From an uncultured Alphaproteobacteria bacterium (lineage in GTDB: Bacteria > Pseudomonadota > Alphaproteobacteria > Rhizobiales > Xanthobacteraceae), in assembly GCA_963802535.1 (NCBI GenBank), contig CAWDJI010000032.1, positions 9,317-73,316 of the forward strand: a stretch of 64,000 nucleotides of DNA, given 5' to 3'. The notes under the pieces were generated by a model. The model did no database searches. It was not told the DNA's origin and saw only the letters and a program-made list of their open reading frames with translations. Positions within the stretch are counted from its first letter, which is position 1. Each line of letters begins with the position of its first letter. The position numbers were made by a program, and so were the translations under genes. Positions 1-8,019 of this stretch are shown here, one piece after another.

Positions 1-501
1 TGCGATGTCGCGGAGCAGTTCCTGCTCGTTGCGGCCCATATTGGCGGCGGCGCTGAGCGGGGTGAAGGCCACGCTTTCCAGGGTCGGAAACTTGCCGTCC
101 CAGCCAAACCCCTCCAGCCAGGCCGCCCCCAGGATCGTGGGCGAGCGCAGGGGCAGGGGGCTGCGCGCCTCGCCGACCGCGCGCGGCAGGCCGTCCCCCC
201 AGGCCAGCCGCGGGTGATGGCAGGTCGCGCATGAAATGGTGCCGGAGGCCGACATCAGGGGGTCGAAAAACAGCATCCGGCCGAGCTCGGCCTTCTCGGC
301 CGAATACGGGTTGTCCGGCGGGAATGGCACGCCCACGGGCCGGGCGAATTTTGCCATCCGGGCGGCGCGGCCGGTCTCCGCCGCGCCCGAATCCCGGATT
401 GGGGCAGCAAGCAGCACCAGTGCTGCGCCCAGAACCGCGTAAAGGGCGTAGCGCCCGGCCAATCCAGCCGGCTTCCGCATCGATTTCAGCATGTTCCCCA
501 T
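1..501 (-). CDS. di-haem cytochrome c peroxidase / MauG-family protein, N-terminal part (gene continues past the window start)
   Basis: Absent from the ORF track because it runs off the edge. My minus-strand translation from ATG 501 reads MGNMLKSMRKPAGLAGRYALYAVLGAALVLLAAP.. (signal-like), then ..LFFDPLMSASGTISCATCHHPRLAWGDG.., a CxxCH haem motif in typical CCP context. Confidence 0.8.
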   Translation of the reverse strand, partial: MGNMLKSMRKPAGLAGRYALYAVLGAALVLLAAPIRDSGAAETGRAARMAKFARPVGVPFPPDNPYSAEKAELGRMLFFDPLMSASGTISCATCHHPRLAWGDGLPRAVGEARSPLPLRSPTILGAAWLEGFGWDGKFPTLESVAFTPLSAAANMGRNEQELLRDIA

Positions 502-552
502 CGCCCGAATAACGTCGTATATTACGACCGATTGGAGCCCGGCCTCAATAAC

Positions 553-3234
553 ATGACCTCTGAATTGCCGCCGAATTCGCACACGACGCGATCGTTCTCG
601 TTGTCGATCGGCCAGCTCACATTCGGCAGCTTCCTGCTGGTGCTGGCGGTGATCATCATCACCTCCACCGCCAGCGTGATCGCGATCCGCCACATCGATT
701 CGACCTTTGCCGAATTGCAGCGGCTGCAAAGCGTCGGCGACCTCGCCGAGGACATCGACCGCCGCATGAACGAATTGCGGTTGGCGGCGCGGGATTTCGT
801 CACCGATCCCGGCACCCAATCGGTCCAGGTCGGTAACGCCGCCGCCTCGCTGAGCGAAGTCCTGAAAAAGACCCGCCTGGAGCTTGCCCCCGAACAGCAG
901 GACATGATCGACGGCGTCACCGAGCGGCTGTCGACCTATCGCGGCGGCATCGAGCGGATTTCGGTGCTGATCAACCGCCGCGCCGAGCTGATCGTGGCGT
1001 TGCCGCCGCTGCGCGAGAAGTTCGACAATGCCATCGCCGACACCCCCGATCCCTTGATCGCCTCGGCGCTGTCGCAGACCCAGAGCCGGATCGCCTCGGC
1101 GCTGCTGGCGCATAATCCGTCCGCCGCGGAAGCGGCGGCGCAAAGCATGCGCTCGATGACGATCGCCGAACCCGCGATGCGCGCGGCCGTCGACGGCTAC
1201 GCCGAGGCGATCGTCGCGATCTCGATCCGCGAGCGGCAGATCTCCGACATCGACAAGGAGGTGCTGGGCGCCGAAGGCCGCCTGATCCAGCGCGTTACCG
1301 AATTGTTGCGCGAGGTCTCGGCGCGCCGCGGTCACGTGCTGTCGCGCGACTTTGCCCGGACGCTGACAGAGGCAAAGTGGCAGAGCATCGTGCTCGGCAC
1401 CGCCGGCGTCCTGATCGGGCTGTTTGCGGCACTGTTGGTGGTGCGGCGCACCGTGCGGCCGCTGGCGTCGATCGCGACTTCGATCCGCGCGGTCGCCGGC
1501 GGCGAGACCAATGCCTCGATCCCGGCAACCGACGTCGACAATGAGATCGGCGATATCGCGCGCGCCGCCGAAGTATTCCGGCAGACGCTGGTCGATGCCG
1601 ATGCCGCGCGCGAGGCGGCGGTGCGGGCGCTGGCCGAGCAGCGTCTCGCCGAGGAAAGCTATCGCAAGCTGTTCGAGGCCTCGGTCGACGGAATCTATGT
1701 CACGACGCCCGGCGGCGCGCTGCTCAACGCCAATCCGGCGCTGGCGCGGATGATGGGATACGCCACGCCGCGCGACCTGATCAACGGCATCGGCGACGTC
1801 GCCGACAGCGTCTATGTCGATCCCACGGCGCGCGCGGAATATGAGCGGCTGATGGAGCGCGACGGCATGGTGCGCGAGTACGAATACCAGGTGCGCGCGC
1901 GCGACGGCAGCATTCTCTGGCTCTCGGACAGCGCCAGCGCGGTGCGCAACGAGGACGGCGAACTGGTCCGCTATGAGGGGACGGTGCGCGACATCACCGA
2001 CCAGAAGCGCGCCGAAGACGCGATCGCCGAAGGCCGCCGCCTGCTGCAGATGGTGATCGACACCGTGCCCGCGGTCATCAACGTCAAGGACAAGCAGCTG
2101 CGTTATGTGCTGATGAACCGCTACATGGCCGGCATATTCGGCATCGAGCCCGCGGAAGCGATCGGCCAGACCACCGCCGATTTGATGTCGCGATATGGCG
2201 CGGAAAAGACCGACGAGAACGACAAGCGCGTGCTGGCGGCGGGCAAGGAACTCGGCTTCTACGAGGAGGAATACCGCGACTCCTCCGGCATCATGCGGCA
2301 ATGGCTGGTCAACAAGCTGCCGATCCTGGATACCGCCGGCGAGATCGAGAACATCGTCACGGTTGCGCTCGACATCGGCGAGCGCAAGCGCGTCGAATCC
2401 GAAATGCGCAAGGCCAAGGACGCCGCCGAGGGCGCGTTGCGCAATCTGCGGGAAACCCAGAATTCGCTGATCGAAGCGGAGAAGCTCGCAGCGCTCGGCC
2501 GTTTGGTGGCGGGGGTCGCCCATGAGGTCAACAATCCCGTCGGCATCAGCCTGACGGTTGCTTCGGCGCTCGAACGCAAGACCGCGAATTTCACCGCCGA
2601 GGTCGCGCGCGGCGAGCTGCGCCGCTCCAGCCTGACCGATTTTCTCGAGACCAGCCGCGACGCGTCGTCCCAGCTCGTGGCCAATCTCAACCGCGCCGCC
2701 GAACTGATCCAGTCGTTCAAGCAGGTCGCCGCCGATCGCAACTATTCCGACCAGCGCAGTTTTGATCTCGGCGATCTCACCGAGCAGGTGGTGATGAGTC
2801 TGCGTCCGGGCCTGCGCAAACACAATCTGACGCTCAACGTCGACTGCCAGCCCAATCTGACCATGAACAGCTATCCCGGTCCGTACGGACAGGTGCTCAC
2901 CAATCTGTTCCTGAATTCGGTGGCGCACGCGTTCCCGGACGGCAAGCCGGGCACGGTGGATATCCAGGTGCGCGAGTCCGGCAAGGACAATGTCGAGGTG
3001 CTGTTTTCCGACAATGGCTGCGGCATGAGCATCGACGTCCGCCGCCGCGCCTTCGATCCGTTCTTCACGACGCGGCGCGACCAGGGCGGCACCGGGCTTG
3101 GCCTGCACATCGTCTACAGCATCGTGACCAATCGCCTCGGCGGCCGGCTCGACCTCGATTCCGAACCCGGCGCCGGCACCCGGATCCAGATGATCCTGCC
3201 GCGCACGGCGCCGCTGGAGCAGGCGGCGGAGTAG
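553..3234 (+). CDS. PAS-domain sensor histidine kinase
   Basis: ORF track 532..3234 starts at TTG; the first ATG is at 553. Contains a TM segment, a HAMP-like linker, PAS-like regions, the H-box LVAGVAHEVNNPVG and ATPase boxes DNGCGM / GGTGLGLHIV. Confidence 0.9.
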   Translation: MTSELPPNSHTTRSFSLSIGQLTFGSFLLVLAVIIITSTASVIAIRHIDSTFAELQRLQSVGDLAEDIDRRMNELRLAARDFVTDPGTQSVQVGNAAASLSEVLKKTRLELAPEQQDMIDGVTERLSTYRGGIERISVLINRRAELIVALPPLREKFDNAIADTPDPLIASALSQTQSRIASALLAHNPSAAEAAAQSMRSMTIAEPAMRAAVDGYAEAIVAISIRERQISDIDKEVLGAEGRLIQRVTELLREVSARRGHVLSRDFARTLTEAKWQSIVLGTAGVLIGLFAALLVVRRTVRPLASIATSIRAVAGGETNASIPATDVDNEIGDIARAAEVFRQTLVDADAAREAAVRALAEQRLAEESYRKLFEASVDGIYVTTPGGALLNANPALARMMGYATPRDLINGIGDVADSVYVDPTARAEYERLMERDGMVREYEYQVRARDGSILWLSDSASAVRNEDGELVRYEGTVRDITDQKRAEDAIAEGRRLLQMVIDTVPAVINVKDKQLRYVLMNRYMAGIFGIEPAEAIGQTTADLMSRYGAEKTDENDKRVLAAGKELGFYEEEYRDSSGIMRQWLVNKLPILDTAGEIENIVTVALDIGERKRVESEMRKAKDAAEGALRNLRETQNSLIEAEKLAALGRLVAGVAHEVNNPVGISLTVASALERKTANFTAEVARGELRRSSLTDFLETSRDASSQLVANLNRAAELIQSFKQVAADRNYSDQRSFDLGDLTEQVVMSLRPGLRKHNLTLNVDCQPNLTMNSYPGPYGQVLTNLFLNSVAHAFPDGKPGTVDIQVRESGKDNVEVLFSDNGCGMSIDVRRRAFDPFFTTRRDQGGTGLGLHIVYSIVTNRLGGRLDLDSEPGAGTRIQMILPRTAPLEQAAE

Positions 3235-3272
3235 CAGGCGCAATGACGTGGGTGGTGTGGCCAAACCCAAAC

Positions 3273-3346
3273 TGTCGTCCCCGCGAAAGCGGGGACCCAG
3301 TACGCCGCGGCTTCTCGGTTCTTTCACTGACGTCTCTGGAATATTG
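3273..3346. repeat. REP family C copy (core ..CCAGTACGCCGCGG.. plus GTCTCTGGAATA)
   Basis: Shares the GTC(G/A)TC(C/A)CCGCGAAAGCGGG(G/T)(A/G)(C/T)CCAGTACGCCGCGG and TCTCTGGAATA(T/C)TG blocks with copies at 9561-9682 (inverted) and 18674-18762. Confidence 0.7.
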
Positions 3347-3371
3347 AATTGTCCACGTCGACTTTAAAATC

Positions 3372-3474
3372 CGTCACCCTGAGGTGCGCGCTCTTGCGCG
3401 CCTCGAAGGGCGACGGCCCGTCTGTGGCCGATTCATCCTTCGAGGCTCGCTTCGCTCGCACCTCAGGATGACGG
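3372..3474. repeat. REP family B copy (CGTCA(C/T)CCTGAGGTGCG ... CACCTCAGGATGACGG hairpin element)
   Basis: Long imperfect inverted repeat. A second copy lies at 40049-40147 with the same termini and the internal CCTCGAAGG block. Confidence 0.75.
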
Positions 3475-3479
3475 ATAAC

Positions 3480-3760
3480 GAAAACAAACTCTCGCGTTCT
3501 CGCGACGCATTGCGCCCGAGCTTTGCAAGTAATTCTCACGCCTCACCAATCCAGAGGGCGCAGGGAATGCCGGATGCGCGCTGCACCCGAGGTCTCATGC
3601 GCAAGTTGGGTAGAGAATGCGCGCATGAGCATACAGGGCAGCGGAGGCAATCCGACATTCCATGCGCAATGGCTTTACGGCTTATAACGTGATCTCCCCG
3701 GTCGGGCCGGGCTCGTTGTCACCGTCGCTTGCACGCAATGACCCCTATTGGGGATGCGCG
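3480..3760. repeat. probable long intergenic repeat element (single copy in this window)
   Basis: Non-coding-looking stretch. Its pseudo-translation (..RPSFA..QRAQGMPDARCTRG..GSLSPSLA..) matches a dispersed Bradyrhizobium intergenic element as I remember it. The window alone cannot confirm this. Confidence 0.35.
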
Positions 3761-4070
3761 ATAGTTGCAAGCTTGACGCCAGCATCGGGGCGTCAGGACC
3801 ACACGTCTTTGCCGTACGCTTCCGTGCCTTTCGTCAAGGGCACCTCCGCGTCCACCGCTCCCCGCCCCGCGTTCGTGACGTTCGCGAGCGCCCCTCTGGT
3901 CGGGACGGGATCATATGCCATGTTTTTCATTTCTGTAAAAGCGAAATATTTTTGATTCCAGGGCTTGACAATGAATTCTGTCAATCCGAAGTTATTTGCC
4001 CGTCGGGTTACTATGTTGCAGGTGCGGATCACGGTGACAGCCCGTTACCCCACGTACGGCCCTACCAGGG

Positions 4071-4253
4071 TTAAGGTACCTTGTGGTGGAATGGGCCTTT
4101 GTTTTTGTACGCAACATAGGTCTGCTGCCCGGTAGAGGTGCTAACTCCGGGGATCGAAATCAAACCTGCGTTCATTTCCTGAAGATAAACTCCGGGGTAG
4201 GAGACGGTGCCGCCGATGACAGTGTCCAGTTCGCTGGTACTCAGTTCGCGCAT
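4071..4253 (-). CDS. double-glycine-leader (class II bacteriocin/microcin-like) precursor peptide, 60 aa
   Basis: Internal ATG of ORF 4071..4346, with AGGGGA 6-7 nt upstream. Product is MRELSTSELDTVIGG-TVSYPGVYLQEMNAGLISIPGVSTSTGQQTYVAYKNKGPFHHKVP. GC is visibly lower than in the neighbouring genes. Confidence 0.55.
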   Translation of the reverse strand: MRELSTSELDTVIGGTVSYPGVYLQEMNAGLISIPGVSTSTGQQTYVAYKNKGPFHHKVP

Positions 4254-4373
4254 TGTCAGTCCCCTGATGTCCCCGGGAGAGCCCATTCCTCGCCGTGTTC
4301 TACGGGTGTAAGGGGCACCCTGTTCAAGCTCTGTGGCGGATGTCACACAGGAAGGCGGCCTTCAGCGAACGCC

Positions 4374-5081
4374 TCAAAGCAGCGCGCGAATCCAGTCGGC
4401 CCTGGCCGCGTCGTAGACGGCCTTGCCGTTCTCATCCCTGTCATCGGGCGTCGCACCTGCTCGAAGCAGGAGGTCGATAATCAGCCTTTGCTGGTCGATC
4501 GCCTGCGGTGTCCCGCTGTGGCTGGCACCGGTATTCTGAACGGCGAGATGAAGCGGCGTCGAGCCGTTTCCGTTTCTGCCGCGCGGCTCCGCACCTCCGG
4601 CCAGCAAGGCTTCGACCGCCGCTGCGGATCGCGTGCGAACGGCGCGGTGCAACGGCGTGACACCGCTCTTGTCCGTTGCGTTGGGATCGGCGCCGGCTCG
4701 GATCAGGCAGGCGATGGTGGCGGCTTGCGCTGCCGGATTGCCGGCATTGGCATCCGCCGCGTAATGCAGCGGCTGCGCGCCGCGGCGATTTTTCGCGAAG
4801 CAGTCAGCGCCCTTGGTGAGGAGGGCTTGCGTGATTTCGGCGCTGTGCGCTGCCGCCGCCATGTGCAGCGCGGTGTCATCCGCGTACATGTAATGCGCGA
4901 TCGCCTCGAAGAAATATGGATTCGGGCCTTGCCTAGTTGCACCGACCACGCACCGCGCATGCGCAAGCGCTGGCGAAAGCTCCAATAGAAGCGCGGCTTT
5001 GGCTGCGTCGCCCGCGACGATCACGCGCACGAAGTCGTAAAGGCCGTTGTCCGGAGGGGTGGTCTGCGAAGGTTGCGGCAT
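4374..5081 (-). CDS. ankyrin-repeat protein
   Basis: ORF track 4374..5084 starts at GTG, with an ATG at 5081. Contains repeated ..G(A/V)xPLHxAxxxxxxxxxxxLLxxGAxxxxxxxxG.. units (TALHMAA, AQPLHYAA, VTPLHRAV, STPLHLAV). Confidence 0.85.
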   Translation of the reverse strand: MPQPSQTTPPDNGLYDFVRVIVAGDAAKAALLLELSPALAHARCVVGATRQGPNPYFFEAIAHYMYADDTALHMAAAAHSAEITQALLTKGADCFAKNRRGAQPLHYAADANAGNPAAQAATIACLIRAGADPNATDKSGVTPLHRAVRTRSAAAVEALLAGGAEPRGRNGNGSTPLHLAVQNTGASHSGTPQAIDQQRLIIDLLLRAGATPDDRDENGKAVYDAARADWIRALL

Positions 5082-5469
5082 CACATCGCCTCGATGCTCC
5101 GGACCTGCGATTCCCCGAGCCTAGTTCGATATCTGCCAGCTTGCGCAGCGTGGCGCCGAAAATCTGGCTGGCTTTGCCGACCAGCGCGGTCCCGTTCATG
5201 GTGCCCTGCGTATCGGTGAACGTACCGGTCACGCCGATGCCGACCGGGGCAGGCCCGCCGAACAGCGGGTTGGCGTCGGGACTGGACGTGTGGCGCTGCA
5301 CCAGCACCTCGCCCTTGAAGGTGTCGCCCTTCACGGTGTAGCTGCCGGTGTAAAACAGATAGGCGTCACCGCCGAGGATCTGGCCATCCCGGAATAGAAT
5401 CACGCCGCTGCCCTTGCCGGTGCGCCCGTCCAGCAGGGTGACGTGGATCGAATACAGACCGTTCTTCAT
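4933..5469 (-). CDS. GrlR-like family protein (3' end uncertain)
   Basis: MKNGLYSIHVTLLDGRTGKGSGVILFRDGQILGGDAYLFYTGSYTVKGDTFKGEV.. matches my memory of the ~120-130 aa GrlR-like family. The last ~50 codons overlap the ankyrin gene out of frame, so the true stop is probably TGA 5083-5081 (see findings). Confidence 0.7.
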   Translation of the reverse strand: MKNGLYSIHVTLLDGRTGKGSGVILFRDGQILGGDAYLFYTGSYTVKGDTFKGEVLVQRHTSSPDANPLFGGPAPVGIGVTGTFTDTQGTMNGTALVGKASQIFGATLRKLADIELGSGNRRSGASRRCDAATFADHPSGQRPLRLRARDRRGRRSQSRASIGAFASACACAVRGRCN

Positions 5470-5827
5470 AGCGTCCCAATGCCGGCTTCCGCGCCCACGG
5501 AAACCGGTAATCCGTTATGCCAAATCGGAACCCGCAGCGTCAACGCGGCAGGTTGCCCGCTTAGCGCCGGATCCCTGCGAAACGCCCAAATATCGCTGCC
5601 GCTATACGACGCGACGATGACTGCTGATCGGGGCCGAATCAAGTTGGCCCGTGAAATGCATAGTCAGTTTTGCACCGGCCGGTGGGTGCTGGAGCAACAG
5701 ACAGGTGAGCAACTGGATCAATTCCGGCGGCCATGCGCCGCTTCGACATACCAAAAATGACAACCGCAAAACTTGGGGCTGCCGCTCTGCGGGCCGCCGA
5801 AAGACGCGGCTGAGATTAGGTCTCGTG

Positions 5828-6154
5828 ATGTTGTTGTCGATAACAGCAGCCGAGGCCGGCCATGCCCGCGACCCGGAGGGCCGTTACGCCCATTCGCCGC
5901 TCAAGGAATGGTTCGACACGCTGAAAAGCGGGAAGGGGCCGTGTTGCTCCGATGCCGACGGCAGCGCAGTCAGCGATGCCGATTGGGAATCGCGCAATGG
6001 CCGTTACCGCGTGCGGGTCGAAGGCGATTGGGTCGACGTGCCCGACGATGCTGTGATCACCGAACCCAACCGCGTCGGCCGGACCATGGTGTGGCCAATT
6101 CGCGGCTATCTCGGGCTGACGATCCGTTGTTTCATGCCGGGCAGCATGACGTGA
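5828..6154 (+). CDS. conserved hypothetical secreted protein (..SPLKEWFDTLKSGKGPCCSDADG..IRCFMPG..)
   Basis: ORF track 5651..6154. The hydrophobic stretch RLRLGLVMLLSITAAEAGHA looks like a signal peptide. The start is uncertain: ATG 5828, GTG 5825, or ATG 5757 if the A-run at 5800-5802 is one base short. Confidence 0.6.
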   Translation: MLLSITAAEAGHARDPEGRYAHSPLKEWFDTLKSGKGPCCSDADGSAVSDADWESRNGRYRVRVEGDWVDVPDDAVITEPNRVGRTMVWPIRGYLGLTIRCFMPGSMT

Positions 6155-6172
6155 ATTAGCCGCTGCCGCGTG

Positions 6173-6556
6173 TCAGACGTATTTCTTGTCGCGCTCCAAA
6201 AGCTCGATGGAAATGCCCTGCGGGCCGCGGATGAAGCAGATGCGCACGCCCGGCCGGATCGTGGTGGGCTCCTTGGTGAACTCGACGCCCTTGGCCTTGA
6301 TCTCGGCGGCGACGGCGTCGATGTCCTTTACCGTCAGCCCGACATGATCGAGGCCCTGATAGGGCGTCACCGGCGGGGTGTTGACGCCGTCGCCGGCCGC
6401 AACCGGCGCAATGAACACATTGGCGCCGCCGAGCTTGACGTCGATCCGCCCGGTGCCGCGGATGATTTCGCCGCCCAGCACATCCGCAAGCCAGGCCGCG
6501 GTCGCCTCGGGATCGGGGCTGCGCAAATGGACATGATCCCAGGTAACTGTCGGCAT
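6173..6556 (-). CDS. VOC (glyoxalase/bleomycin-resistance/dioxygenase) family protein
   Basis: 127-aa ORF. WDHVHLRSPDPEATAAWL..GLDHVGLTVKDIDAVAAEIKAKGVEF.. is a typical paired beta-alpha-beta-beta-beta VOC pattern. Confidence 0.9.
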   Translation of the reverse strand: MPTVTWDHVHLRSPDPEATAAWLADVLGGEIIRGTGRIDVKLGGANVFIAPVAAGDGVNTPPVTPYQGLDHVGLTVKDIDAVAAEIKAKGVEFTKEPTTIRPGVRICFIRGPQGISIELLERDKKYV

Positions 6557-6840
6557 ATTGATCTCCCCTGAATTATTGTTATGGCGGCGTCAGGCTGCGG
6601 CGTTGCGGCAGCGCGCCAATCTAGCGGCCGATGATCGGCAATTCCATCCCCGGCCGCGCAGCCCTGTCGCCGCAATATTGTCGGGCTTGGGTGAAACCAT
6701 TTCGGCTCTGGGCGATTATTAAGCCAGCGGCGGAACCGGACAACGGCAGTCGTCACTAAAGCCGTACGGTGTAACGCCCGTACGGCTTTTTTCATGCGCG
6801 GTGCGGCCACTCGCCGTCGCCGCCGGTTGAGGGCACGGCC

Positions 6841-7410
6841 ATGAGGATTGCCGGGTGGTCAGTCCAAAGCTCGCAAGTGCGGCTGCTCGCGCTGCCGGCC
6901 ATCGCGATTCTGGGCTGTGCGACCTGGATGATGCTGCCAGGCCGCAGCGACGCCCAGGGCCAGTCCGCGCCGTCGGCAGCGCCGGTCCTTTACGCCCGGA
7001 ATGTATCCCGGGTTGATCCGCCGGCCGTCGCTTCAGACCCGGTTTCGGCGCGCCCCGAGCAGGCCGTCGCGCCAGCGGCCACGGCGCCGCCTGCGGAAAT
7101 TACGTCGGCAGAGAAGCCGGTGATCGACGGCTTGAAAATTTCCTCGCAGACATGGCGAAGGGGCGGGCTCGGCTCGAAGGCGTTGGTCACGTTCACGCTG
7201 CGCAACGCCAATGACTATGCGGTGAAGGACATCGAAATCGCCTGCGCTTTCACTCGCCGCGACGGCAGCCATTTGACCGATCGCCGGCGGGTGATTGCCG
7301 ATACCGTGAGCATGAAGAGCCGGAAGACCTATTCCGGCGTGTTGATCGGGTTCGTCAACGTTAACGCAAACAAGGCGAAATGTTCGCCTGTAACGGCTAG
7401 CCGAACCTAA
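6841..7410 (+). CDS. hypothetical secreted protein
   Basis: 189-aa ORF with an N-terminal hydrophobic signal (LLALPAIAILGCATWMML), an Ala/Pro-rich linker and a C-terminal beta-rich domain. I do not recognise a family. Confidence 0.6.
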   Translation: MRIAGWSVQSSQVRLLALPAIAILGCATWMMLPGRSDAQGQSAPSAAPVLYARNVSRVDPPAVASDPVSARPEQAVAPAATAPPAEITSAEKPVIDGLKISSQTWRRGGLGSKALVTFTLRNANDYAVKDIEIACAFTRRDGSHLTDRRRVIADTVSMKSRKTYSGVLIGFVNVNANKAKCSPVTASRT

Positions 7411-7528
7411 CCGTGCAAACCCGAAAAAGTGATCCCTGCCGTTGAACCTTGGCCGCGGCGCCGGAACTAATCGGTATATCGCCGGTTAGGCGAATGGACC
7501 GCGCGAACGGCGCGGGGGAGCAGCGTCA

Positions 7529-7975
7529 ATGCCCGTAGCGCGATATTTCCTGTTTGTCGGTGCAGCGCTGCTCGCGCTGCTGTTCGCGCTCGATGCCTTT
7601 GTGCCGCAGCAGGTGGCCGTGGCCAGCAACGCCGCCCCTTCGATCGACAAGACCGTGGTGCGGATCCGTTCCGACCAGAAACCGCCGGAGCGGGTGGTTT
7701 ACGACACCAGCCTTCCGACCATTGTTCCCCCGGTCGTGAAGACCCAGATCGCGGCAGCACCGGTTGCGCCGGCTGCCGATCCCAGCGCGCAGGCGCGGGT
7801 GCGTGACACCTTTGCCCAGTTCGTTCCGGCCGAAGCCAAGAAGCTTGAAAAGCAGGTCGAGGCGCACGCGCCGGCCCCGCGCAAGCGCAAGATTGCCAAG
7901 GCGCGTCCGGCCCAGCAGCCGGTGCGTCTCGCCCAGCAACAGCACTTTGGCCTGTTCGGAAACAACACCTGGTAG
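7529..7975 (+). CDS. hypothetical membrane-anchored protein
   Basis: 148-aa ORF with an N-terminal TM (YFLFVGAALLALLFALDAF) and a Pro/Ala/Lys-rich tail. A GC-rich hairpin GGCGCG-N7-CGCGCC follows the stop. Confidence 0.65.
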   Translation: MPVARYFLFVGAALLALLFALDAFVPQQVAVASNAAPSIDKTVVRIRSDQKPPERVVYDTSLPTIVPPVVKTQIAAAPVAPAADPSAQARVRDTFAQFVPAEAKKLEKQVEAHAPAPRKRKIAKARPAQQPVRLAQQQHFGLFGNNTW

Positions 7976-8019
7976 GCGCGTTCTCGACGCGCCCCGGGAT
8001 CGGATAATCCAGCCTTGAA

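Noticed and set aside
3793-4032. 79-aa ORF (or its internal 45-aa MKNMAYDPVPTRGAL.. version) as a second peptide or immunity gene downstream of the GG-leader peptide.
   Set aside because: It has no SD, no hydrophobic segment expected for an immunity protein, and no leader-like motif. Its composition resembles the adjacent repeat region.
4933-5469. GrlR-like gene as evidence for a type III secretion regulatory locus.
   Set aside because: There are no T3SS structural or regulatory genes in the window. The family is widespread outside T3SS contexts, so the name does not imply the function here.
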